Assembly: GCA_039584685.1 (NCBI GenBank)
Contig: JBDGXI010000011.1
Span: 1,950-65,949 of the forward strand
Direction of reading: 5' to 3'
Origin: Gemmatimonadota bacterium
Lineage (GTDB): Bacteria > Gemmatimonadota > Gemmatimonadetes > Palauibacterales > Palauibacteraceae
Length of the DNA: 64,000 nucleotides
Notes under the pieces: model-generated
What the model was told of the DNA's origin: nothing
Databases searched by the model: none
The model's input: the letters and a program-made list of their open reading frames with translations, nothing else
Shown: piece by piece, positions 25,756 through 38,234 of the stretch
How positions within the stretch are numbered: position 1 is the stretch's first letter
Layout of the letters: the number at the start of each line of letters is the position of its first letter
Program-made: the position numbers and the translations under genes

Positions 25756-26552
25756 GGATCAGCCGGCTCGGCGGCGCGGCGACGCGGAATCGCGTGTCGC
25801 CCCATCTCTCCGAGGTCCACGACGTCGATAGGCCACTCGAAGGCGGCTTCCAGCAGCGGCGGCGACAGAACGCTTTCCGGCGGACCTTGCTCGAGCACAC
25901 GACCGGCCGATAGCAGGACCATCCGATCGGAATGCCGGGCGGCAATGTTCAAGTGATGTGTCACCGCCACCACCGTAAGTGACTGCTTAGAAGTATATTG
26001 CCTCACGCGCTCCATGAACCGCGCTTCGTGCCCCAGGTCCAGGTGAGCCGTCGGCTCGTCGAGCAGGAGAAGCCGGGGCTCCTGCGCGAGCGCGCGCGCC
26101 AGCCGCGCTCTCTGAAGTTCGCCACCCGAGAGCTCCCCGACATCTCGATCCGCAAGACAGGCGAGATCCACCTCGCCGAGACAGGAGTCCACGACGGCAC
26201 GATCCCGTGCGCTCAGTGGCGACCACGGATTCAAATACGGGTGACGTCCCATGCTGACCAGATCCCGGACGGAAATTCGAACCTCTGTTTCTCCGGCCTG
26301 AGACACGACGGCCACAAACCGGGCCAAGTCCCTCCGTTTCCAAGCATGCGCCGGCCGGCCGAGCACGGTCGCCGTTCCCGAATGTGGACGAAGTGTGCCC
26401 GTGAGGATTCGAAGCAGGGTGCTCTTCCCCGCGCCGTTAGGTCCAACCAGCGCCACGTGACTCCCCTCCTCCACCTCGAGGTTCACATCCTGTAGCGCGT
26501 TCTCCGGCCGGCCCGGGTAGCGGAACGAGATTGCCTCGAGATGACAGATCAT
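25752..26552 (-). CDS. ABC transporter ATP-binding protein (FecE/BtuD/HmuV type)
   Basis: Walker A GPNGAGKST, signature LSGGELQRA and Walker B LLLLDEPTAHLD. ATGA overlap with the receptor gene. Confidence 0.85.
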   Translation of the reverse strand: MICHLEAISFRYPGRPENALQDVNLEVEEGSHVALVGPNGAGKSTLLRILTGTLRPHSGTATVLGRPAHAWKRRDLARFVAVVSQAGETEVRISVRDLVSMGRHPYLNPWSPLSARDRAVVDSCLGEVDLACLADRDVGELSGGELQRARLARALAQEPRLLLLDEPTAHLDLGHEARFMERVRQYTSKQSLTVVAVTHHLNIAARHSDRMVLLSAGRVLEQGPPESVLSPPLLEAAFEWPIDVVDLGEMGRHAIPRRRAAEPADP

Positions 26553-27526
26553 GCGCGGACCGTGCGGCGGAGAAGCACTAGAAACAGCGGCACGCCAAGA
26601 AATGCGGTGACGACTCCGATCGGGATCTCCATAGGGGCCGCTACCGTACGTGCCACCGCATCAGCCAGAACGAGGGCACTGCCGCCGGCCAGGAAGGAAA
26701 GAGGCGTGAGGACCCGGTGATCGCGAACGCCCCAGAGCCGGACGGCATGTGGGACTACCAGCCCCACGAAACCGATAACGCCTGCGACGGATACGGCTGC
26801 CGCCGCGAGCAAGGAGGCGAGCACGAACGCCACGCGCTTGACGCCTTCGGTATCCGTACCGAGGTGCGCCGCGGTCTCTTCGCCCAGGGTCAAAGCGTTC
26901 AGGTGGCGGCTGATCCCGAAGATCACCGCGAGCGCCGGAATAGAGTAAGCCAGCATAGCCCCGATCATTCCCCATGAAGCCCCGCTCAGACTGCCCATGG
27001 TCCAGAAGAACGCGGAGCGCAGAGTCTCGGCTCGCACGAACGTCAGGATCAGAAGGACGCAGGCGCTGAGAAAAGCGCTCACCACGACGCCTGCCAGAAG
27101 GAGGACCCGGGTGTCGAGCCGTCCTCCCACCCGGGCCACTTCGAACACGACCGCGATGGCCGTCAGTGCTCCAAGCAGGGCAGCCAGCGGAAGCGCGAAG
27201 TAGGCCGAGGCAGACAGCCCGAGGGCCAGTGCCGATACGGCACCGACGGCCGCTCCTGACGAGACTCCCAGCAGGTAAGGCTCTGCGAGCGGGTTGCGGA
27301 GCAAGGCCTGAAACACCACGCCGGACACGGCAAGCATGCCTCCCGTGAGGGCTCCGGTGGCCACGCGTGGCAGGCGAACCTTCCACAGGATAGTCGCCGC
27401 CGGGCCAGGATCCCCCCGGAGGGCCTCGAGCCACGTTCCAGGAGAGAACTCTGCCGGTCCCACGGCCATTCCGACGGCGAGAGACACCAGCAGGAGACCC
27501 GAGAGAGCCGCTACCCTGGGTGTCAC
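26549..27526 (-). CDS. ABC transporter permease, FecCD family (BtuC/HmuU-like)
   Basis: Roughly 9-10 TM FecCD-type membrane domain. The GTG start at 27526 overlaps the upstream binding-protein stop (GTGA). The ORF-track extension is Arg/Pro-rich artefact. Confidence 0.85.
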   Translation of the reverse strand: MTPRVAALSGLLLVSLAVGMAVGPAEFSPGTWLEALRGDPGPAATILWKVRLPRVATGALTGGMLAVSGVVFQALLRNPLAEPYLLGVSSGAAVGAVSALALGLSASAYFALPLAALLGALTAIAVVFEVARVGGRLDTRVLLLAGVVVSAFLSACVLLILTFVRAETLRSAFFWTMGSLSGASWGMIGAMLAYSIPALAVIFGISRHLNALTLGEETAAHLGTDTEGVKRVAFVLASLLAAAAVSVAGVIGFVGLVVPHAVRLWGVRDHRVLTPLSFLAGGSALVLADAVARTVAAPMEIPIGVVTAFLGVPLFLVLLRRTVRA

Positions 27527-28395
27527 GGCCGCAGAGTCTCTCGGACTTCGGGATGCAGGGCCAGGGCCAGCCGCTTCGCCGCTTCGCCTGTTCTGGGCCC
27601 CAGACGATGTACGAGCTCGGCCGGGACGGTCACGACCTGCCCGCTCCGCACGGCACGCAGGTTCTCCCAACCGGGCCTGGCTTCGGGCCGTGCGCTGGCC
27701 ATTTCCTCGGTGCTGTTGGACGGGTGGATGATCACGTCCGGATCCCGCATGACGATGGCCTCCAGGCTGACCCGGGGAGACGGGGCCTCAAGATCCCCGA
27801 ACACGTTGCGTCCGCCCGCCGTGGACAGGAGGGCGTCGAGATAGCTCCCCGCCCCGACCGTGAACGCCGGGGGATAGCCCACGTCGTAGTAAACCGTTAC
27901 CGGCTCCGTTCCGGCGACCGCCTCACGAACCTGCTCGAGGTCCATCTCGATCCCGGCCCAGATTTCCTGGGCCTCGTCCTCCCGGTCAACGATTCGACCG
28001 AGGCGGAGGATATTGGACCGAAGATCCTCGAGCGTGTTGAACAGGACCACGATGAACGGGATCTCCAGAAGTTCCATTTCCCGAACCGCCTGCGCGTTGT
28101 CCGAGCCCCCGATGACGATCACGAGGTCGGGACGCCTTTGAAGGACCGTTTCGATCGAGGGGCGGATGGCGTCGCCTACGTCACGACCCACGATCCTGGA
28201 ACCTTCCCCCAGATCGAAGAGGATCTCCGTGGCGACTGGCACCAGAGATACGATTCGTCGCGGAACGGCGGCCAGAACGACTTCACGAGCCGCGTCGTCG
28301 ATGACCTGGATCGAGACATCCTGAGCGGCCAGATCCGCACCTGGAAGCACAGCACAGGCCAGGCAGGCCGCCAGCACGTGAGACCTGAACAACAA
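27523..28395 (-). CDS. Periplasmic substrate-binding protein, cluster A / BtuF-like (cobalamin/siderophore family)
   Basis: Signal peptide LLFRSHVLAACLACAVLPGADLAAQD, then RIVSLVPVATEILFDLG ... LVIVIGGSDN typical of BtuF/FhuD-type binding proteins. TTG start near 28395 is preceded by AAAGGA. The ORF-track 5' extension covers the riboswitch. Confidence 0.75.
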   Translation of the reverse strand: MLFRSHVLAACLACAVLPGADLAAQDVSIQVIDDAAREVVLAAVPRRIVSLVPVATEILFDLGEGSRIVGRDVGDAIRPSIETVLQRRPDLVIVIGGSDNAQAVREMELLEIPFIVVLFNTLEDLRSNILRLGRIVDREDEAQEIWAGIEMDLEQVREAVAGTEPVTVYYDVGYPPAFTVGAGSYLDALLSTAGGRNVFGDLEAPSPRVSLEAIVMRDPDVIIHPSNSTEEMASARPEARPGWENLRAVRSGQVVTVPAELVHRLGPRTGEAAKRLALALHPEVRETLRP

Positions 28396-28397
28396 GA

Positions 28398-28423
28398 CCC
28401 GTCCTTTCGTGTGAAAGGGCGGG
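28398..28423 (-). promoter_or_regulatory. SD-sequestering hairpin (riboswitch expression platform) in front of the btuF-like start
   Basis: CCCGCCCTTTC-acac-GAAAGGACGGG is a near-perfect inverted repeat in which the 3' arm contains the AAAGGA Shine-Dalgarno, 6 nt before the TTG start. Confidence 0.55.
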
Positions 28424-28519
28424 TATGACCGAGTCACAGCGTACGTGCCTCGCCCACACCCTTCCCGCGAAGAGCGACAATGGGCAAGGACAGGCCACGT
28501 CTCCTGGCTCAAGGCTCCG

Positions 28520-28695
28520 CCGCCGCCTTCCCGGGAGAACCCAGTGGCTACAGCGCGGCAGAGCGGGTGCGAGGGCCCGCAGGCCCGACCCGTTTCCTCT
28601 CACAGTGGCGGGGCCGCGTCGGATTCACACCGACTTCCGTGCGCCCGTCCCTGACAACTGAACCGGATGATAGGGGCCCGTGGCACCGGGCGGCA
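28520..28695 (-). promoter_or_regulatory. Cobalamin (B12) riboswitch
   Basis: Minus strand reads ...GGTGCCACGGG...CAGGGACGGGCGCACGGAAGTCGGTGTGAATCCGACGCGGCCCCGCCACTGTGAGAGG...GCCACTGGGTTCTCCCGGGAAGGCGG. It contains the conserved GGAAxxxGGTGxGAAxCC, the B12 box CCCGCCACTGTGA and the 3' GGGAAGGC. It sits directly 5' of the btuF-like gene. Confidence 0.8.
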
Positions 28696-28700
28696 AGAGA

Positions 28701-29698
28701 TCAGACTCCCGAAGGAGTCCCGCGGGTCGTGAACCGGATCGTAGCCAGCGCTGCCGCACCCAGGAGCACCGCGATGAGGAGCCAGACACCGGCTCTACCG
28801 TGCCCCGGCTGAGCGATGGCAGCATCGACGGTCACTGAACTTCCGGCGGTCAGATCAGTCCCCGCAAATCGGCGCACCGGGACACGCATTTCAGGGGCGA
28901 CAGCGGCTTCCTCGAGGCCTGACACCCGAAGGTCGAGACCGGGCTGGGGCATCACCAGGAGTTCCAGCCGAGCCGTCGAATGATCCAGTTCCAGCGCGTA
29001 CTCGCTCGAGGAAAGGAAATACTGAAGAACAACTCGGATGCCGGACGGCGACAGTGCCCCCCGATAGCCAACGCTGCTGGTACCCGGCACGACATCCTCG
29101 GCAGGAACGCCTCCAGGCGACGGGACTACCCCGACCGCACCGCGCGCCAACATGGTGCTCCACACCAGAGCGGAATCGGTTTCGGCAACGAGGGTCCGGT
29201 CCGGCATGCCCTCGACATCTATGATCTCCTCCACGCCGAGCCCCGCGGCGGTAGGCGTGATCACCACGTGCCGGATGGAAGTTCTCAGATCGGGAGCAGG
29301 TGCAGACACGGCCAAGGTGTCGAACACCGTTACCACATAACCTTCGAGGTCCGTCGGATTCGTCGAATGGACGGGGGGGCCCCAGTACAGAACACCTCCG
29401 TACCGGGCGCCGGTAAGGTAGACCGCACCCGGATCTGCCTCGGACGGCAGGAAGAAGACGAAGCTCCCAGATGAATCCGTCGTGGTAGAATCCATGAGGG
29501 CCCCGGTCTCCTCGCTTACCTGATGCAGCTCGACCACCGCGCCGGCGACCGGTGTCGAACCGCCCAGCGCCACCAGCCCGCTCAGCTCCTGAGCCGTTCC
29601 GGGGCTCACCCACAGCGCCCCAACCAGCAACGCAGCTGCCGCCGTGCACGGACGTCGCGTGGCGCGCCGTCCAGCCGGGCACATACTCGAACAGGGCA

Positions 29699-29699
<1 letters not shown>
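28701..29699 (-). CDS. Secreted or membrane-anchored hypothetical protein with an N-terminal carboxypeptidase-regulatory-like domain and a C-terminal TM anchor
   Basis: Signal peptide (AAAALLVGALWVSPGTAQE), a CarbopepD_reg-like segment (GLVALGGSTPVAGAVVELHQV...DSSGSFVFFLP) and a C-terminal TM (GVWLLIAVLLGAAALATIRF). 332 aa; the start could be at an internal Met. Confidence 0.45.
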
Positions 29700-32803
<3,104 letters not shown>

Positions 32804-32856
32804 GTGTGCTCCAATCTACCAGAGATACGGTTTGGGCGCGGGAAGCTACCGGCGCC

Positions 32857-34626
32857 CTACTCGTTTAACAACCCGGAAGCCGTCTGCTCGGGCAGAAGTC
32901 CCAGCCCGTCCAGGTACCGAGCTATCGTCCGCCGAACGTCGTTCCCGCTCTCTGCCCGGTCCAGCTTCCGCATCAGCTTCCCGAGGTCCTTGACCGACAC
33001 GTTGCGAATCAGCTCGCGAATCTCCGGCAAACCCTTGATCGATGCGCTGAACTTGCGGTATCCGAGCCCCAGCAGCGCGGCCACTCCGATCGGATCGCTC
33101 GACAATTCCCCGCACACGCTGAGGTCGAGCGAGTGGCGGGCGCTATCCTTGGCTACCCGGCGGTACATCCGGATCAGGGCAGGGTGGAGCGGGTCGTAAA
33201 GCTTCCCGAGGTTCGCGTTGCCCCGATCGGCGGCCAGCACGTATTGCGTAAGGTCATTGGTCCCCAAGCTGACGAAGTCGACATAGGGCGCGAGGAGATC
33301 CAGGATCTCGACCGCCGCCGGGATCTCGACCATCACACCGAGCTGAAGTCGAACTCCTGAGTCCGCGATGCCGAGCGAAGAGTATACCTCGGTTAGCATG
33401 TCACGCGTTCGCTGCATTTCCTCCACTGCAGAAACGAACGGAATGAGGAGGCGCAGGTTGCCGCCGTCGGACGCCCGGATCGCCGCACGCAGCTGATTGC
33501 GGAACAGGTCCGGCATGTCCAGACAGATGCGGATCGCTCTCCAGCCCAGGTAGGGGTTGTCTTCCGGAGGCAACGCCAGAAAGAGCGGGAACTTGTCTCC
33601 GCCGATGTCGAATGTCCGGAGGGTCACCTCCCGGTCCGGGAATGCCTCCAGCACCGTCCGGTAGGCCTGGATCTGCTCATCCTCCCCCGGGATCTCGCGG
33701 CGCCCGATCACCAGAAACTCGGAACGGAAGAGTCCTACACCGTCTGCGCCGAGGCGGGCTGCTTCGGCTGCTTCATGCGGCAGGTCCAGATTGGCCTGCA
33801 CCACGGTATGGACCCCGTCCTTCGTCGCAGTCGGGCGCCCGGCGAGTTCCTGCAAGGCTTCTCGCCTGTGTGTCGCCTGCGCCACGGCACGGTGAAATCC
33901 CTCGACCTCCTGCGAGCTGGGGTTGATCCGTATCTCTCCGGTTCGTCCGTTCACCAGCAGCCGGTCGTCGTCTTCGATCGACTGCAGGGCCCCACCGACC
34001 GCCACCACCACCGGGATCCCGAGTGCCCGAGCGAGAATCACCCCGTGTGCTCCGCGCGATCCGCCCGACAGCACGACTCCGAGAATCCTCTCAGGGTCGA
34101 GGCGTGCGGCAATACTCGGGGGAAGTTCGCTACCGACGAGGATCGCGGGCTCCTCACCCTCGACGACCAGATCGGACGGATCACCTCGACCGAGCAGGTG
34201 CGAGAGGACTCTCACCCTGACGTCATGCAGGTCGGCCAGTCTGTCCACGAGCATGGCGTGCGCGGATTCCTGTATTCGGATCCGCATCTCGAGGATCTGC
34301 CAGTCGAACGCACGTTCCGCGCATATGTAGTTGTCCCGCACGTAGCTCAACGTGCCGTGAACGAGATCCGGATCCTCGATCATCATCGCTTGCGATTCGA
34401 AGACCTTGCCTTCGAACGAGCCGATGCGTCGGGCCGTCTCGGCCTGCAGATGCGTGACATACTCCAGCGCTCGAGCCCTTGCCTGCCCGAGCCGCTCCAC
34501 TTCGTTCTCTACTTCCTCCGGTCGAATCGTCCGGTGAGGGACGAGCGGGATATCCCAGTTTATACGGCGTACGGGGCCGAGGGCTCTCCCTGCTGAAGCT
34601 CCCACGCCTTCCAGGATTCGCGACAT
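32857..34626 (-). CDS. ptsI: Phosphoenolpyruvate--protein phosphotransferase (PTS Enzyme I)
   Basis: MSRILEGVGASAGRALGPV... N-terminal HPr-binding domain; the PEP-utilising domain includes GGSRGAHGVILARALGIPVVV. ATG at 34626 (MSRILEG). 590 aa. Confidence 0.85.
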   Translation of the reverse strand: MSRILEGVGASAGRALGPVRRINWDIPLVPHRTIRPEEVENEVERLGQARARALEYVTHLQAETARRIGSFEGKVFESQAMMIEDPDLVHGTLSYVRDNYICAERAFDWQILEMRIRIQESAHAMLVDRLADLHDVRVRVLSHLLGRGDPSDLVVEGEEPAILVGSELPPSIAARLDPERILGVVLSGGSRGAHGVILARALGIPVVVAVGGALQSIEDDDRLLVNGRTGEIRINPSSQEVEGFHRAVAQATHRREALQELAGRPTATKDGVHTVVQANLDLPHEAAEAARLGADGVGLFRSEFLVIGRREIPGEDEQIQAYRTVLEAFPDREVTLRTFDIGGDKFPLFLALPPEDNPYLGWRAIRICLDMPDLFRNQLRAAIRASDGGNLRLLIPFVSAVEEMQRTRDMLTEVYSSLGIADSGVRLQLGVMVEIPAAVEILDLLAPYVDFVSLGTNDLTQYVLAADRGNANLGKLYDPLHPALIRMYRRVAKDSARHSLDLSVCGELSSDPIGVAALLGLGYRKFSASIKGLPEIRELIRNVSVKDLGKLMRKLDRAESGNDVRRTIARYLDGLGLLPEQTASGLLNE

Positions 34627-34627
34627 G

Positions 34628-34960
34628 TCAGTCCTCGACCTCGTAGTCCGACTCGGCCTCCCCGAAGTGATTCCCCACCAGCGTGGCCAGAGCCTCCACC
34701 GCCTCAATAGCATCCACGCCAGAGGCACGGATTCGCACGTTCGATCCGCACTCGGCAGCGAGCATCATCACTCCCATGATACTCTTGCCGTTTACCTCGA
34801 GTCCATCCTTCTCGACGTAAACCTTCGAAGTGAACCGCGAAGACAGCTTCACGAATTCAGCGGCCGGTCTCGCGTGCAGGCCGTAGGGATTGCGTATGGT
34901 GACGATCCGCTCGTCCTGAGCTTCCTTCCCTTTCCCTCCGCCTCTGACCGAATCGCTCAT
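34628..34960 (-). CDS. ptsH: Phosphocarrier protein HPr with a short Lys/Gly-rich N-terminal extension
   Basis: ERIVTIRNPYGLHARPAAEFV (His-15 site) and GKSIMGVMMLAA (Ser-46 site for HprK). ATG at 34960 (MSDSV). The TGA stop is 1 nt from the ptsI ATG. Confidence 0.75.
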   Translation of the reverse strand: MSDSVRGGGKGKEAQDERIVTIRNPYGLHARPAAEFVKLSSRFTSKVYVEKDGLEVNGKSIMGVMMLAAECGSNVRIRASGVDAIEAVEALATLVGNHFGEAESDYEVED

Positions 34961-34964
34961 GATC

Positions 34965-35720
34965 TCAACTCGCCAGAGCGCCGAGGACCCACAACACGGG
35001 TGCGGCCAGCAAGAGCACCGCTGCAAATCGTCCGCCGTGCCGCGGGAAGCGGAATGACGCAAGAGCCACTGCTGCGCCCAGCCCGATGAGAACTCCGGAC
35101 TCGAAGGAGCCTCCACCCATGCGCACCAGAGCGTTGGCCACCAGCAGGGCGACGACACCCGTCAGGATCATGTTCACCGGCCACAACCGTCCCGCCCACC
35201 TTTCCAGCCACGAGCTCTTCAGCACCCGACCCACGCCGAGTCCCGCTTCCCAACCCGCCACGTACGCCCAGGTCCTCACGGCGATGTGCCCCCCGTTGTA
35301 CAGGACCAGGAACAGCGCCACGCTCCACGCGGGTCCGGCACCCAGCAGATACGCGAGCATGCCGACCAGGACGCAGATGGGCCTCCACTGGCCCCACACG
35401 GCCCGGTCTCCGACAGTACCGAGGGGGCCGCGAAGGGCGGTCCTGAACTTGTCAATCGTCTGCGGATCGACTCCTTCCTGCTCCAGTCGGCCGAGCGCCG
35501 CAACAGCCATGGCGCACAGATACGGGTGTCCGTTGAACGCACGCATGCTGCGTCCCACAGATTCGCGGAGCTGTACGGGATCGCCAGCGTAGATGCGTCT
35601 CAGAAGAGGCAGCATCGCGTAGGCGATTCCCCCGCCGACCATGGTCCGGTAGTTCCACGAACCTTGCACGGCGAACGTCCTCGACCAGGCAGCCACGTGG
35701 TCCGAGCGCAAGGGCTTCAT
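34965..35720 (-). CDS. PTS mannose/fructose/sorbose-family IID component
   Basis: FAVQGSWNYRTMVGGGIAYAML matches the IID signature region (QGSWNYERMQ). Multi-TM. Confidence 0.8.
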   Translation of the reverse strand: MKPLRSDHVAAWSRTFAVQGSWNYRTMVGGGIAYAMLPLLRRIYAGDPVQLRESVGRSMRAFNGHPYLCAMAVAALGRLEQEGVDPQTIDKFRTALRGPLGTVGDRAVWGQWRPICVLVGMLAYLLGAGPAWSVALFLVLYNGGHIAVRTWAYVAGWEAGLGVGRVLKSSWLERWAGRLWPVNMILTGVVALLVANALVRMGGGSFESGVLIGLGAAVALASFRFPRHGGRFAAVLLLAAPVLWVLGALAS

Positions 35721-36424
35721 GCCAGCCCCCCGAGCACCAGAAGGAGCGCCACGCCGGCGCCCACGAGGATCAGAGGCCAGCCCCGCACTCCGAAGGCCGA
35801 CGACCTCGCCGCGGCCCCCGCCGAAGACGCGAGGCCGAGCGCCAGGGCCGCGAGGCCATAGCGCCCCAGGGCGGAAGGCCCTGTACCAACCGCCAGCGTC
35901 ACAACCAGAGCCGCGGGGACCAGGAAGGCAGCCACGAGTACTCCGCCCCGAAGGGCGTCCAGCCAGATGGCGATCCGATGGCGCTGCTCGAGGAGACCCG
36001 GGTCCGCCGCCAGGTCTCCGTCAGGGCTCATGATTCGCTCGTTGAGGCGCCGTCGGACGTAGATCGTCACCGTACCGACCCACGCCAGCCCCCATCCGAT
36101 GGCTATGGCTACCATAAGGGCGCCGACTGCTTGACCGCCGGAAGCAGCCCACGCCGCTCCCGCCACCAGACCGGCCGGACCCGTGTCCGGATATTTTGCC
36201 GCTCCGAACGGCGGGTGCTGCAGGGCGAAGATCTCAAGCACAAGCCCGACGAGCATTCCAGCCACCGGATTCCCGAAAAGCCAACCGCCGATCGTCGCCG
36301 ACACGATGGGTCGAGACACCATGGCCTGGGGCCAGGACACTGAGTCCATGCCCAGCCCGGCCCCCGCCAGGACGGCCAGGATCCATGTTCCGGGGCCCAC
36401 ATACAATTCACTCCAGGACATCAA
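35717..36424 (-). CDS. PTS mannose-family IIC component
   Basis: Hydrophobic 235-aa protein in conserved IIA-IIB-IIC-IID order. ATGA overlap with IID. Confidence 0.7.
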   Translation of the reverse strand: MMSWSELYVGPGTWILAVLAGAGLGMDSVSWPQAMVSRPIVSATIGGWLFGNPVAGMLVGLVLEIFALQHPPFGAAKYPDTGPAGLVAGAAWAASGGQAVGALMVAIAIGWGLAWVGTVTIYVRRRLNERIMSPDGDLAADPGLLEQRHRIAIWLDALRGGVLVAAFLVPAALVVTLAVGTGPSALGRYGLAALALGLASSAGAAARSSAFGVRGWPLILVGAGVALLLVLGGLA

Positions 36425-36896
36425 TCAGACTCTCCAGATCGACTTCCCGGCCAGCCGGAAGGTCCCGGGCCGTGACCCCGTTCGAAGCCCTGTGTATCGC
36501 TTCGAGATCCTCCGCCTCATCCTGTCCCAGATGGACGTAAGTCAGGACTCTCCGCCTATCTTCGGCGGCGTGCAGACCTCCCAGGTTCACACGTCGATCC
36601 GACAGCAAGCCCGCGTCCGCCAGGGATCTCATTTCCGCCGTACCACGAGTCAACAGGGCGCCACGAGCCACGCGGGCGTCCAGCTCTCCGAAGAGATCTA
36701 TCGCCCGTTCGACAGAGACGAACTCCGCCGTCGTTCCCTCCGGAAGTCCCGCACTGTAGAGATCCCTCTCCCACTCGCTCTCGGCCAGCTCGTCATCGAC
36801 GACCACGTAGAGTTCGATGCCCAACCGCATGCCCCACCCCACGATCACCTGCCCGTGAAGCAGGCGTTCATCGATGCGAAACAGGACCAGGGTCAC
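36408..36896 (-). CDS. PTS mannose-family IIB component
   Basis: MTLVLFRIDERLLHGQVIVGW has the active-site His of IIB-Man (RIDxRLIHGQV). Confidence 0.8.
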   Translation of the reverse strand: MTLVLFRIDERLLHGQVIVGWGMRLGIELYVVVDDELAESEWERDLYSAGLPEGTTAEFVSVERAIDLFGELDARVARGALLTRGTAEMRSLADAGLLSDRRVNLGGLHAAEDRRRVLTYVHLGQDEAEDLEAIHRASNGVTARDLPAGREVDLESLIDVLE

Positions 36897-37282
36897 GGAC
36901 AGAGATCCGGAAGGTGAGCGATCGTGCCGGCCCGCCCCTTCTCGACCACACGCTCCGACAGCTCCGCCAAATCCATGTCACGGTGAAACACGAAGTCGAG
37001 GAGCATGGGCAGGTTGACGCCCGACACTACCGGCATTCCCCCGCCATCACGAGCCACGAAGCGCGCGGCATGGGAACAGCTCCCGCTGGCGAGATCTACG
37101 AAGACGAGTGCCGGCTCCGCGCCGACTGCATCACGAATGCGGGCCATCAGCAGCTCCGGCGAGCAGCCCTCGTTGCTGATCGGCCTCAGGGCCCCCACGA
37201 CGCCGGAAATGGACTCGACTGTCTCGACGAGGCATCGGGCCAGGTTGCCGTGTGCGACCACGACCCCCCGGACCTCACTCAT
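36893..37282 (-). CDS. PTS mannose-family IIA component
   Basis: RGVVVAHGNLA has the active His in the IIA-Man fold. 129 aa. Confidence 0.75.
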   Translation of the reverse strand: MSEVRGVVVAHGNLARCLVETVESISGVVGALRPISNEGCSPELLMARIRDAVGAEPALVFVDLASGSCSHAARFVARDGGGMPVVSGVNLPMLLDFVFHRDMDLAELSERVVEKGRAGTIAHLPDLCP

Positions 37283-38234
37283 AGTCCTCCTCGAGATAGT
37301 CCCTCAGCGGCTGCATCAGCAGACGAAGATTCCGCTCGAACATTCGCGCGCTGTCGACACCGGCGTACCGCAGGAGGTGGTTCATCGCGACGACTTCGCT
37401 TATGACCGTGATGTTCTTCCCCGGGTTGAGAGGAATGACCACTCGCGGAATCGAAGTCCCCAGGATCTCCGTCGTGTCGCGTTCCAACCCGGTCCGATCA
37501 TAGTTGGCGTTCTCCTGCCAGTGCTCCAGTTGCACGACCACCTCAATCCGCTTCTGCTGGCGCACCGCGCGAACTCCGAAGAGCGCTCTCACGTCGATGA
37601 TTCCGATTCCTCGGATCTCCATGTGGTGCTGCTGATGCTCGTGCGCCTGTCCGATCAGGACATCGAGCCCGCGGCGTCTCACCAGAACCACGTCGTCGGC
37701 CACAAGCCTGTGGCCTCGTTCGACGAGGTCGAGGACGCATTCGCTCTTGCCGATTCCGCTGGCTCCGACGAAGAGCAGGCCGACTCCATACACATCCGCG
37801 ACCGATCCGTGAATGGCCGTCGTCGGGGCAAATTCCTCGTCCAGAAACGGCTTGATGCGCCGGTAGAACTCGCCCGTCTTGAGATTCGACTTCAGAACCG
37901 GTATCGACCGGTCCTCCGCAAGACTCAAGAGCTCCGCCGGGGGCTCCAGGCCCTTGGTCACGAACACGACCGGCACCTCACTGCCCAGGAATCCATCGAG
38001 TACGTCCTGTCTGGCCTCGTCCTCCAGGGACCTCAAGAACATGACCTCGGTCTCTCCCAGCACCTGCATTCGACGACTCGGGAATCGATCCGTGAATCCG
38101 GCTAGCACCAGTCCCGGACTGGATATGTCCGAACTGGTGATCTCCCTCGAGAGCCCCCCATCCCCTGCGATGAGCTCCAGGTCCAGGCTCTTCTGTCGCT
38201 GCTCAAGGAGATCTGAGACGTGCAGGACGCTCAC
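37275..38234 (-). CDS. hprK: HPr kinase/phosphorylase HprK
   Basis: GVGLLFVGASGIGKSECVLDLVERGHRLVADDVV (P-loop plus HprK signature) ... HMEIRGIGIID. GTG start at 38234 overlaps the hpf TGA stop (GTGA). The ORF-track 5' extension is an artefact. Confidence 0.85.
   Translation of the reverse strand: MSVLHVSDLLEQRQKSLDLELIAGDGGLSREITSSDISSPGLVLAGFTDRFPSRRMQVLGETEVMFLRSLEDEARQDVLDGFLGSEVPVVFVTKGLEPPAELLSLAEDRSIPVLKSNLKTGEFYRRIKPFLDEEFAPTTAIHGSVADVYGVGLLFVGASGIGKSECVLDLVERGHRLVADDVVLVRRRGLDVLIGQAHEHQQHHMEIRGIGIIDVRALFGVRAVRQQKRIEVVVQLEHWQENANYDRTGLERDTTEILGTSIPRVVIPLNPGKNITVISEVVAMNHLLRYAGVDSARMFERNLRLLMQPLRDYLEEDYE

Noticed and set aside
28501-28560. Second GCCACTG motif 60 nt downstream of the B12 box, as a possible tandem riboswitch
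   Set aside because: It is followed by GGGAAGGC, the conserved 3' element of a single cobalamin aptamer, so it belongs to one riboswitch.
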